Source: Weeksellaceae bacterium
GTDB lineage: Bacteria > Bacteroidota > Bacteroidia > Flavobacteriales > Weeksellaceae
Assembly: GCA_019459455.1 (NCBI GenBank)
Contig: JAIBEX010000021.1
Location: 197,576-221,575, forward strand
Direction of reading: 5' to 3'
DNA: 24,000 bases
Below the pieces are notes generated by a model that was given only the letters and a program-made list of their open reading frames with translations, did no database searches and was not told the origin of the DNA. Numbering within the stretch: the stretch's first letter is position 1; each line of letters opens with the position of its first letter. Below are positions 1 to 9,400 of the stretch, in pieces. Made by a program: the position numbers and the translations under genes.

Positions 1-2
1 AT

Positions 3-821
3 TCGCCGGAAAGAATTGTTCCCGGAGACAAAATCAATACCCTGACCTCCATCATTAAAATCACATCGGGCTCTACGCCTGAAACGGCAGCAGCTGTTGA
101 TGCGCTGTACCGGCTGATCATCACGGCCGGAACGCACCGGGCACCCAGTATCAAGGTGGCGGAAGCGGCAAAAGCCATTGAAAATGCCCAGCGGGACCTG
201 AATATTTCCTTTGTGAATGAACTCGCGCTTATCTTTGACAGGGTTGGAATCGATACCCACGATGTGCTGGAAGCGGCCGGAACCAAGTTTAACTTCATGA
301 AGTACAAGCCCGGTCTGGTTGGAGGTCACTGCATCGCGGTAGATCCCTATTATCTGGCTCACAAGGCCGAAGCGCTGGGGTATATTCCGCAGGTCATCCT
401 GAGCGGAAGGCGTGTGAACGATATGATGGCCGGTTTCATTGCCGGCAAGGTGGTGAAGCTGATGGCCGCCAAAGGGATGGCCATTAAGGATGCCAGTGCA
501 CTCCTCCTGGGCGTGACCTTCAAAGAGAACTGTCCGGATATACGCAATACGAAAGTGGTGGACATCTACTCCGAACTCAAGCAGTTTGGACTTCAGGTGG
601 AGGTATGCGATCCCTGGGCCGATGCGTACCTTGTAAAAGCGCAGTTTGGAATTGAGACCGTTGCGGTACCTGATGATAATAAAAGGTACGACGTGATTAT
701 CCTGGCGGTCGCGCATCAACAATTTATCACCCTGGATTATGCTGCCCTCAGGAAAGAGGTTTCGGTGATCTATGACGCCAAGGCGGTGCTTGACCGGGGC
801 ATTGTGGATGGCAGGCTGTAG
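3..821 (+). CDS. Nucleotide-sugar dehydrogenase (UDP-glucose/GDP-mannose dehydrogenase family, UDP-N-acetyl-hexosamine 6-dehydrogenase-like); 5' end cut by the window
   Basis: The frame is open from base 3 (SPERIVPGDKINTLTSIIKITSGSTPETAAAVDALYRLIITAGTHRAPSIKVAEAAKAIENAQRDLNISFVNELA...GGHCIAVDPYY). Track ORF 156..821 is only the part from an internal GTG onward. The motifs are typical of the central and C-terminal domains of this family, including the catalytic Cys in GGHCI. Confidence 0.9.
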   Translation, partial: SPERIVPGDKINTLTSIIKITSGSTPETAAAVDALYRLIITAGTHRAPSIKVAEAAKAIENAQRDLNISFVNELALIFDRVGIDTHDVLEAAGTKFNFMKYKPGLVGGHCIAVDPYYLAHKAEALGYIPQVILSGRRVNDMMAGFIAGKVVKLMAAKGMAIKDASALLLGVTFKENCPDIRNTKVVDIYSELKQFGLQVEVCDPWADAYLVKAQFGIETVAVPDDNKRYDVIILAVAHQQFITLDYAALRKEVSVIYDAKAVLDRGIVDGRL

Positions 822-862
822 ATATTGACTTTGCAGTATTTTTCAGGTCTTCCCGGTTCTGA

Positions 863-1003
863 AGCTATAGTGTTGGTGTATACGGTAGTAAGCAGCTGGA
901 TCATGGAAAAAAATTTTCAAGCCGACATAGTGCCTCGCTGGATCTCACGGTGCCAAAAGGCCTGTACTTCATTACCGTTCAGGTTGGGGATTTAAGTTTA
1001 TCA
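863..1003 (+). pseudogene. Possible remnant of a T9SS C-terminal sorting domain (Por_Secre_tail-like); it has no start codon and no upstream gene body
   Basis: The frame opens right after a TGA at 860 and reads VGVYGSKQLDHGKKFSSRHSASLDLTVPKGLYFITVQVGD. This matches the usual '...iyd..Gk.v.....ldls.l.kGlYfi.v' tail pattern. There is no Met-initiated ORF of 60 aa or more, which is why it is absent from the track. Confidence 0.3.
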
Positions 1004-1095
1004 GAGCGGGGTCGGTGCCGGCGGCTCTTAATGGGCTGGTGCCTTAGCCTACTGACCTTTTATGACTCCTTATAATCCACTAATCCCAACTTTCG

Positions 1096-1356
1096 TCAGG
1101 ATTTATCTAATTCATTAAAATATTCGTCAAAATCAAAAAGAATATCGAACAGTTCCTTTGGACTTTTACGTAAGCCTGTAGCAATTTCTATGAACGTACT
1201 TAATTGACAATCAATTCTATTATTTGCTACATCACTGATTCTTGCCGCAGTAGTATTACATTTTTCCGCAATTTTAGTATACGGTGTATCGCCTTTGAAA
1301 TCTTTTATTTTTGCAGCAACCAACTTTTTGATTTCATCAGTCTTATATTCGTTCAT
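1096..1356 (-). CDS. Small XRE-like helix-turn-helix DNA-binding protein in an AT-rich island
   Basis: Track ORF 1096..1446. The segment YTKIAEKCNTTAARISDVANNRIDCQLSTFIEIATGL looks like an HTH_XRE core. I prefer the internal start MNEYKTDEIKK at 1356, because the upstream extension contains a perfect 16-bp palindrome (a likely operator) and reads as low-complexity sequence. Local GC is far below that of the flanks. Confidence 0.55.
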   Translation of the reverse strand: MNEYKTDEIKKLVAAKIKDFKGDTPYTKIAEKCNTTAARISDVANNRIDCQLSTFIEIATGLRKSPKELFDILFDFDEYFNELDKS

Positions 1357-1402
1357 AATTGCACAGTTTATGGCAATTTGAGAGTTAAAAGTAAAATATT
1401 CG

Positions 1403-1418
1403 TTACCGAATTCGGTAA
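1403..1418. promoter_or_regulatory. Perfect 16-bp palindrome TTACCGAATTCGGTAA, a candidate autoregulatory operator of the HTH gene
   Basis: Seen directly in the sequence. It lies about 50 bp upstream of the ATG at 1356 on the minus strand. Confidence 0.4.
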
Positions 1419-1959
1419 TATCAAAAATTATTATTATATTTGTCACAAGGTTACATCCAAAATGTAATTTTGCGATACTTCAACGAATATTAGAAGCTAT
1501 TGCTTAGAATCTCAAATTCGAAAACTGGTAATTTTTATCATGCGAGAGGATAAGTATAGTAGCTCACGACCTAGGCGTGGGCTCACTTATCTGCATGTAA
1601 GGTATACCAGTACCCCGAATTGGATATGTTGAGTCCCACGCTGTTTTGTATCCGGCATTCTCAATTCCCTAAGCCCCGCTTTTCTATCATAAGTATTGAT
1701 TGACACTTACAGTGGGGGTGCACAGCCACTGCGGCCTTAGGGCTTACATTATAGAACATTCATATCATCTTTTTAGTAGCAGGCCGGGAAATGCATGACG
1801 TATTTCCCCCTGTACTGAAAAAGAATGAGAAACAGATCGGCCCCAGAGACACCGCCATAGCGGTAGTCCCCAGCCCGTTCCATGTCTAACCCCACGCAAA
1901 ATCCGGCTTCCAGCTCCCAGCTTCCAGCCTCCCGGATCTTGGCTCTAAAAAAAACATCC

Positions 1960-4950
1960 ATGAACAAAAATTTCCCCCGCCTGTACGGCGCCACCGCCTT
2001 CCTTATGCTGAGCGTGTTCTGCTCCAATGCGCAGGCACAAACCCGAACGGTCTCGGGTACCGTAACCCACGACGGTAAACCCCTGTCCGGCGTCACCGTC
2101 TCTCAGGAAGGCAGGAGCGAAGCCACCGTAACCGGTGCCTCCGGCCGCTATCAGCTCACCGTAAGCGGTGAAAACCCTGTCCTGATCTTCCGCCATCCCG
2201 ATCACCCGCTCTGGCGTGAAGAAACAGGGGACCGCACAGAAATCGACATTTCCCTGGGCGAGAAAGTGCAGGAAATACAGGAAGTCACCCTCAATGCCGG
2301 TTACTATACGGTAAAGGATAAGGAACGCACCGGCAGCATCGCCAAAGTCACCGCAAAGGACATCGAAAACCAGCCCGTCACAAACGTCCTCTCCGCCCTC
2401 CAGGGCCGCATGGCCGGAGTCAGCATCACCCAGGGCGGCGGAACCCCCGGCGGGGGCTATGACCTCCAGATCCGCGGGAAGAACAGCCTGCGAAGGGAAG
2501 GGAATGAGCCCCTCTACATCATCGACGGCGTGCCCGTATTATCCGAGAGTCCCGCAAAACTGGGGCTGAGCGTCTTCCCCTATTCCGGCGTCAATCCCCT
2601 GAACGCCATCAGCCCGAACGATATTGAGAGCGTGGAGATCCTGAAGGATGCCGATGGCACAGCAATCTACGGCTCCCGCGGCGCCAACGGGGTAGTCCTG
2701 GTAACAACCAAAAGAGGAAAGAAGGGCCGCAATCTGCTGCAGGTAAACGCCTCGTATGCCCTGAGTGAAGTTGCAGGCAAAATGGACCTGATGGACACCG
2801 GCCAGTATCTGAAGATGAGGAAGGAAGCCTACGCCAACGACGGGATCACCACCTTTCCCGCCAACGCCCACGATGTGAACGGCAACTGGTCTCAGGACCG
2901 GTACACGGACTGGCAGGAGGAACTCATTGGCAAAAGGGCAGAGGCCCTCGCGGTGCAGGCCTCCCTTACCGGTGGCAGCGACACCACCACCTACCTGCTG
3001 AGCTTCGGCCATCAGGAACTGGGCACCGTCTTCCCTGCGCCCTACACCTATAAAACCAATACCGTGGCCGGAAACTTCACCTACCGCTCGCCGGACGCCA
3101 GGTGGGCTTTGGGCCTTACCAATCAGCTTTCCTTTCAGAAGAACAGCGTCATCAGCGAGGACCTTACGAATAAGACCCTGACGCTGAGTCCCAACGCACC
3201 GGCCCTTTATACCGCGGACGGCAGCCTGAACTGGGAGAACAGTACGTTTACAAATCCCATCGCGGCTTTTCTGGGCACCTACCGCAATGATACAAAGACG
3301 CTGAACACGGGCATGAACGCGGAGTACCGCCTGACGCCGCACATGAAACTCCGGCTGAGCGGAGGGATCTCCTGGCAGTCCTTTGAGGAATGGTCCCTGA
3401 AACCGCATACCGTGAACAACCCCGCTTTCGGCCTTACCAGTGCAAACTCCACGGCGTTTAAAAACAACCTGGAAAGTTTCTCCTATATCCTGGAACCCCA
3501 GTGGCAGGCCACCCGGGAGTGGGGGAGCCACAAAGTGGAGGTGCTGGTGGGCGGTACCCTTCAGCAGGCCGTAACCGGTCAGGAGGCCGTCCAGGGCTAC
3601 GGCTTTGAGAGCAATGCCCTGATGAACAACATAGGAGCAGCCAAAACAAAGGTGGTGGGTGACCAGGTGCGGGGCCAGTACCACTATGCTGCCGGATTCG
3701 GCCGCCTCAATTACCGCTGGAGGGACCGATACCTGCTGAACGTAACGGGAAGGCGGGACGGTTCCAGCCGTTTCGGGCCCAACAACCGCTTTGCAAACTT
3801 CGGTGCGGTGGGCGCCGCCTGGATTTTTTCTGAAGAAGACTTCCTGAAGGACAGCCGGTGGCTCTCCCTCGGCAAGCTGCGGGGCAGCGCGGGAACCGCC
3901 GGTAATGACCGCATCGGGGACTATATGTACCTGAACACCTATACCGTGGGCAGCTATATCTACGACGGCATCACGGGCCTTAACCCTTCGCGGCTTTATA
4001 ATCCCAACTTTAGCTGGGAGAAGACGGTAAAGACCGAAGCGGCCCTGGAGCTCGGCTTCCTTCAGAACAGGCTGCGCACCACCGCGGCCTGGTACCGCAA
4101 CCGCTCCTCCAACCAGTTGGTGGGTGTGCCGCTGCCGTATACCACCGGCTTTACTTCCATACAGGCCAACCTTCCGGCCACGATGGAAAACACCGGGTGG
4201 GAGTTTGAACTGCAGGCCCGGCCGCTGCGGGGCACCCGCGCGGTGCAGTGGGACACGGGCTTCAACATCAGCCTGCCCAAAAGCAGACTCGTGGAGTTCC
4301 CGGGACTGGAAGGCTCCACCTATGCCAATCAGTATGTGGTGGGCTACCCGGTAACCATTGTAAAGGTCTATCAGCTGGAGGGCATTGACGCGGCCACGGG
4401 CCTGTACCGCTTTACGGACTTCAACGGCGATGGTAAGATCTCATCGCCCGATGACAATAAGGTTATTGAGAAGATCGGTGTGGAATATTTCGGCGGCTGG
4501 AACAACCGCCTGCGCTACCGCAATGTGGAACTGTCCGTGCTCTTCCAGTTCGTGAAGCAGCGCAACTGGAACTACAACAGGATCATGCCCCCACCGGGTA
4601 CCATGAACAACCAGCCGGTGGAAGTGCTCAATGCGTGGTCGGCGGAAAATCCCACGGGAACCTATATGGCCTATACCTCCGGCACCAGCCCGCAGAAAAA
4701 CGCCCTTCATTCCGGTTTTCAGAACAGTACGGCTGCGGTCGGCGACGCCTCATTTATCCGGCTGAAGAACGTGCAGCTGAACTGGCGCATCCCCACCGGC
4801 CTCCGCGGACTGAAAGACGCCACCGTGTATGTGCAGGGTCAGAATGTCCTTACGCTGACGGATTACTTCGGCCTGGATCCCGAGTTCATCCTTACCGGTT
4901 ATCTGCCACCTTTGAAAACCTGGTCCGCCGGCGTGCAGCTCACCTTTTAA
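1960..4950 (+). CDS. susC: SusC/RagA-family TonB-dependent outer-membrane transporter
   Basis: Track ORF 1882..4950. The likely start is MNKNFPRLYGATAFLMLSVFCSNAQAQ at 1960, which gives a signal peptide. It has a carboxypeptidase-regulatory-like domain (TVSGTVTHDGKPLSGVTVS), a plug region (DIESVEILKDADGTAIYGSRGANGVVLVTTKRGK), and a C-terminal beta-barrel ending in ...SAGVQLTF. Confidence 0.95.
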   Translation: MNKNFPRLYGATAFLMLSVFCSNAQAQTRTVSGTVTHDGKPLSGVTVSQEGRSEATVTGASGRYQLTVSGENPVLIFRHPDHPLWREETGDRTEIDISLGEKVQEIQEVTLNAGYYTVKDKERTGSIAKVTAKDIENQPVTNVLSALQGRMAGVSITQGGGTPGGGYDLQIRGKNSLRREGNEPLYIIDGVPVLSESPAKLGLSVFPYSGVNPLNAISPNDIESVEILKDADGTAIYGSRGANGVVLVTTKRGKKGRNLLQVNASYALSEVAGKMDLMDTGQYLKMRKEAYANDGITTFPANAHDVNGNWSQDRYTDWQEELIGKRAEALAVQASLTGGSDTTTYLLSFGHQELGTVFPAPYTYKTNTVAGNFTYRSPDARWALGLTNQLSFQKNSVISEDLTNKTLTLSPNAPALYTADGSLNWENSTFTNPIAAFLGTYRNDTKTLNTGMNAEYRLTPHMKLRLSGGISWQSFEEWSLKPHTVNNPAFGLTSANSTAFKNNLESFSYILEPQWQATREWGSHKVEVLVGGTLQQAVTGQEAVQGYGFESNALMNNIGAAKTKVVGDQVRGQYHYAAGFGRLNYRWRDRYLLNVTGRRDGSSRFGPNNRFANFGAVGAAWIFSEEDFLKDSRWLSLGKLRGSAGTAGNDRIGDYMYLNTYTVGSYIYDGITGLNPSRLYNPNFSWEKTVKTEAALELGFLQNRLRTTAAWYRNRSSNQLVGVPLPYTTGFTSIQANLPATMENTGWEFELQARPLRGTRAVQWDTGFNISLPKSRLVEFPGLEGSTYANQYVVGYPVTIVKVYQLEGIDAATGLYRFTDFNGDGKISSPDDNKVIEKIGVEYFGGWNNRLRYRNVELSVLFQFVKQRNWNYNRIMPPPGTMNNQPVEVLNAWSAENPTGTYMAYTSGTSPQKNALHSGFQNSTAAVGDASFIRLKNVQLNWRIPTGLRGLKDATVYVQGQNVLTLTDYFGLDPEFILTGYLPPLKTWSAGVQLTF

Positions 4951-4971
4951 GCCAAAAGCCAAAAGCCAAAA
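4951..4971. repeat. (GCCAAAA)x3 heptamer microrepeat in the G-poor susC-susD spacer
   Basis: Seen directly: gccaaaagccaaaagccaaaa, immediately after the susC stop codon. Confidence 0.8.
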
Positions 4972-5022
4972 GCAAACTCAACGACTTCACAACTAAACAA
5001 CTTTAACCCAAACTTTAACACA

Positions 5023-6399
5023 ATGAACCTCAAAAATACCCTCACAGCCCTTACCGCAGCACTGCTGCTCGGGCTTTTCTCCTGCGAGAAACTCATCGAA
5101 ACCGACTGGCCCAACAACCAGATCAGCACCGTTCAGGTCTTTGAAGATGTGCAGACCGCCAATGCCGCCCTGGCGGGCCTGTATGGCGGCCTCTGGAACA
5201 GCTCGCCGCTCTCGGGCGGCAGCGACGGCATGGGTGCGGTACTGGGAACCTATACCGACGACCTGAAATGTTACTACCCGACAAGTTCCAACGGCATCCT
5301 GGACATTTACCTGAACCAGCAGCTGCCCACCAACCTCATGGTGGAAAAGGTATGGGGCACCGGATACCAGTACATCTACGCCGCCAATGCCATTATGGAG
5401 GGTGCGGAAAAATCCCTGAGCCTGGGTTCCGCGGACAAAAAGCGGATAAAAGGGGAGGCCCTCTTCGTGCGTTCGGTGCTGTATTACAGCCTTCAGCGCA
5501 TCTATGGGGATATTCCCTACACCGAAACCACCGACTATGAAATCAACCGTCAGCTGAAGAAACAGCCCGGTACCGAAGTCCTTACGAAACTGGAAACCGA
5601 CCTCTCGCTGTCCACTCAGCTGCTCGAGGATGCCTACCGAAGCCCCGAACGGATCTACCCCAACAGGAAAGCCGCGGCATTGGTTCTGGCAAAGGTAAAG
5701 GCAGAACTCGGGAAATGGACCGAAGCGGAACTCCTGCTGAAGGATATCGGGCAGAGTTCCCTTTACACCTTTGAGCAGGATCTCACCAAAGTGTTCACCA
5801 AATCGAGGCTGCATATCCTTTGGCAACTGAAGCCCAAAAACAGCGGCGACGCCACGAAGGAGGCCACGCTGTACTACTTCACCAACGCCGTGCCCACTGC
5901 TTTTGCCCTGACTCCCCAACTGGTGGGAGCCTTTGCCCCGGGTGACCTGCGCAGGCAGGAATGGATGGTTCCGGTAACCGCATCTGCCCAAACCTTTTAC
6001 CGTGCGGCGAAATACAAAGTCCGCTCCGCTAATACCACCGAATACTCCGTGGTGTACCGCCTGGAGGAAGTGTACCTGCTGCTGGCCGAAGCGCTGATCC
6101 GTCAGGGTAAAGTCGGGGAGGCACTTCCGTGGCTCAATGCCACCCGTCAGCGCGCAGGGCTTCCTGCTCTTGCCCTGCCACTTACGCAAAATGAGGCCCT
6201 TACAGAACTGGAAAATGAATACCGCCGGGAATTCTTTGCCGAAGGCGGTCAGCGCTTCCTGACGCTGAAGCGCCTCGGAAAGCTTGGGAACCTCACGGCC
6301 GTGAAACCCAACTGGCAGGTCCACCATTCCCTCTGGCCCCTTCCGCAGAAGGAACTCCTCCTCAACACCAACCTGAACCCCCAAAACCCCGGTTATTGA
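5023..6399 (+). CDS. susD: SusD/RagB-family nutrient-binding outer-membrane lipoprotein
   Basis: It has a lipoprotein signal (MNLKNTLTALTAALLLGLFSC) and sits directly downstream of susC. SusD-like helical/TPR features are present (ANAALAGLY, VRSVLYYSLQRIYGDIPY, YRLEEVYLLLAEA, REFFAEGGQRFLTLKR). Confidence 0.93.
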   Translation: MNLKNTLTALTAALLLGLFSCEKLIETDWPNNQISTVQVFEDVQTANAALAGLYGGLWNSSPLSGGSDGMGAVLGTYTDDLKCYYPTSSNGILDIYLNQQLPTNLMVEKVWGTGYQYIYAANAIMEGAEKSLSLGSADKKRIKGEALFVRSVLYYSLQRIYGDIPYTETTDYEINRQLKKQPGTEVLTKLETDLSLSTQLLEDAYRSPERIYPNRKAAALVLAKVKAELGKWTEAELLLKDIGQSSLYTFEQDLTKVFTKSRLHILWQLKPKNSGDATKEATLYYFTNAVPTAFALTPQLVGAFAPGDLRRQEWMVPVTASAQTFYRAAKYKVRSANTTEYSVVYRLEEVYLLLAEALIRQGKVGEALPWLNATRQRAGLPALALPLTQNEALTELENEYRREFFAEGGQRFLTLKRLGKLGNLTAVKPNWQVHHSLWPLPQKELLLNTNLNPQNPGY

Positions 6400-6408
6400 G
6401 ACACCCCA

Positions 6409-6447
6409 CTCAACCTCAACCTCAACCTTAACCTTATCCTCAACCTC
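6409..6447. repeat. CTYAAC hexamer array (about 6.5 units) abutting the start codon of the peptidase gene
   Basis: Seen directly: ctcaac ctcaac ctcaac cttaac cttatc ctcaac ctca g ATG. It is the reverse complement of the GGTTRA arrays at 17788 and 19995. Confidence 0.85.
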
Positions 6448-6449
6448 AG

Positions 6450-9400
6450 ATGAAACAACCCACGATAAAACTCCTCCTCCTGCACCTGCTCCTGCTGTCG
6501 GCAATCCTTGATGCTCAGGACCGCCATGAAAATGAACTGGCCGGTATTATTGCCCGCACGGAGATACCCGGGCACCTCAAGGGCGCTCCCGGTGGCCGGT
6601 GGGTGGCATGGCGGAAGACCTATGATACGAGGAACGATACGCTGCGGATTCAGAATACGCTGAAGCCCGCGCGTTTTTTCCACCGTCTGCACATCCGCGA
6701 CTACGGCTTTATGCGCGGGGATGAGCTGTGGCTCCTCGGGAAGGACGGACAGGCGGAATGGCTGAATATGGATACAGGAAAGGCGGTGCGGTACAGCGGG
6801 GTGGCGGCAGTGCAGTACCTGTCCGCACGGGACCTCCTCCTCCTGCACCACACACCGGATGCCGGAAACCGGATGGTCATACTGGACCGGAAGGGAAGGC
6901 CGGTGTGTACCGTGGAGGACGTGGTGCGGTTTACCGTAACTCCGGAAGACACCGTGCTTGCCGTAACCGGCCCTAAGGGTGGTCCGTACAGGGTGGTGAA
7001 AACCGCGGGCACCGGTCCGGTACAGGAGGTGTTCCGTACAGATAAGGAGGTCACAACCACGCTCAGCCCGGCGGGTGCGCAGGGTGTGCTGGCAATCGTG
7101 GCCGATGCCGGTACGCGTGATGCCGTATTTGTGGAATCCGCCACCGGCAAGGTGCACCGCCTCTCCGCACTGGTGCCAGGGCCGTTTAAAAGTGTCGTGC
7201 CGGAACTGCCGGCCGGAGGCGAAGGCTTTCTGCTGAAACTGATCTCCTCGGCACCGCCAAAGCAGACAGAGCTGCCCGATATATGGTACGGGAGCGACCG
7301 GAACCTGCAGCAGAAATTCTATCCGGACCGCACGCAGACCGTTATTTGGCATCCCGCCCGCAACACCGTGGACGATTTCGGGGGCTACCGCTTCAGCCGC
7401 TCCTTCGGAGTGAACAGCGGACGGTATTTCCTGAGTTTCGACGAAACGGCACTGCAGGATTATACCGAGCTTTACCCGCCGCTGAAAATGTACAGGTACG
7501 ACGCGGTCACGGGATCACATGCGGTAATGGATACCATCAGCCGGGAACTGTTCGCAGATCCCAACGGAAAGTGGCTGCTGGCCCCTGTGGCCGGACGAAT
7601 ACCTGTTGCCGATTACAGAGATCCTAAAGTAGCCCGATGGCATCTTTATGAAACTGCCGGCGGAAGAAAGACCGTCCTGAACAGTGCGGGGCTGGGGGCT
7701 CCGTATTTCACCGGTTCGGGCACCATTTTATTCGACGGCGATGGGGGTATCCGCAGCTACCTGCCCGCACAGAATAAACTGCAGATGATGGCCCCGTTTG
7801 AAGGATGCCGCGTAAAGATCCTGAACGGAACCGCAACGGCCCTGCTGCAGCCCTTCCGGTTTTTTACCCCGGCAGTGAATGAAGACCAGCCCCTTTTGCT
7901 GGAAGTGACCGAAAAAGAGACCGGCAGGGTGATGTTCGCCCTCCGCCACCGGGGCATCACCACCGTTATTGTTCCGTTCACCGCGGACCGGATCACGCAT
8001 TTTACTCCTGATGCCGGGCTGGAACGTTTTACCTGGATCCGCGAAAACCACAACAAACCTCCTGCCGTGGAAACCGCCACCCGCAGCGGGAAGGTGCGTC
8101 TGCTCTATGCCAGCAATGCAAACCGCAGGCAGGAAGCGGCCCTGCATCTGGAACTTACGACTTATAAAGGGATATCGGGCGGCAACCTGAAGGGCCTGCT
8201 GTATCGACCAGCACACTATGAAGCCGGAAAGAAATATCCCGTGGTCGTCCATATTTATGAAAACCAGAGCCGCTATGCGAACCGGTTTATTGCACCGACG
8301 CTGAAGGAATTCGTGGGCTTTAACATCCGGACCCTTACCGAAAAAGGATATTTCGTTTATCTGCCGGACATTGACTACGGGGAGGCAGGCCCCGGCCTTT
8401 CGGCACTGCACTGCGTGAACCGCGCGGTGGATGCCCTTCTGGAAAACCCGGCGGTTGATGCGGGCAGGATCGCCCTCATCGGCCAGTCCTTCGGAGGCTA
8501 TGAAACCAACTTCATTGCCACCCGGTCAGGTCGCTTCGCCACGTATATCTCCGGTAATGCGCCGGCTGATCTCGTACATAATTATCACGCTTTCAGCTAC
8601 AATTATTTCAAGCCCGGCTTCTGGCGTTATGAGACCCAGCAGTTCCGCATGGGGGTCTCTTTTGCTGCCGGTAAGCAGAAATATATTGCCAACAGTCCGC
8701 TCCACCATGCGGAAAAGGTACAGTCCCCCATGCTGCTCTGGACCGGTCTGGAGGACCGCAATGTAGACTGGGAAGAAACCCGCACCTTTTACAATGCGCT
8801 GAAGCGGAATGACAAAAAAGTGATTGCCCTGTTTTATAAGAACAACGGCCACGGCATGCAGCATGAGGATGCCATGATGGACCTGAGCAAACGCATCCTG
8901 GACTGGCTGGATTATTTCCTGAAGGGAATCCCCGCCGAATGGATAGGGAAGGAGATGGAGTCGCGGCCGGTCGCGCACCTGACCCCAGATGCAGCGCCAG
9001 AAAGTCCTGCATGGATCCGGGAAAACCATAATCTGCCTCCTGCAGTGGAAACCGTCACCCGCAGCGGGAGGGTGCGTGTACCTCAGGCTGGCAATGCCCA
9101 CCTCCGGCAGGAAGTAGCCTTACATCTCGAACTTACGGCTTATAAAGGGGTGTCGGGCGGGAACCTGAAGGGGCTGCTGTACCGTCCCGCCCATTATGAA
9201 ACCGGAAAGAAATATCCTGCGGTCGTCCATATTTACGAAGACCAGAGCCGCTTTGCAAACCGGTTCATTGCACCTACCCTGAAGGAACCGCTCGGTTTTA
9301 ACATCCGGACCCTTACTGAAAAAGGATATTTCGTTTATCTGCCGGACATTGATTATGGAGACGAAGGTCCGGGCCTTTCGGCACTGCACTGCGTGAACCG

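Noticed and set aside
1882-1959. 26-codon N-terminal extension of susC
   Set aside because: The extension (MSNPTQNPASSSQLPASRILALKKTS) precedes a canonical signal peptide that starts at the ATG at 1960.
2539-3684. 381-aa minus-strand ORF inside susC, plus several shorter ORFs at 1945..4962
   Set aside because: They are antisense or out-of-frame shadows of the well-supported SusC frame and carry no motifs.
4993-6504. 503-aa minus-strand ORF covering the whole susD gene
   Set aside because: It is antisense to a gene with clear SusD features. Its translation is low-complexity (G/V/E/R-rich, with VEVEVE derived from the hexamer repeat) and has no recognisable motif. This is a typical shadow ORF in GC-rich coding DNA.
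6393-7352. 319-aa minus-strand ORF, and other ORFs at 6701..9975 overlapping the peptidase gene
   Set aside because: They overlap the S9 peptidase frame. The pairs 7728..8411/9120..9425 and 8526..9101/9504..9842 simply mirror the 978-bp duplication. Their sequences are Arg/Pro/Gly-rich nonsense.
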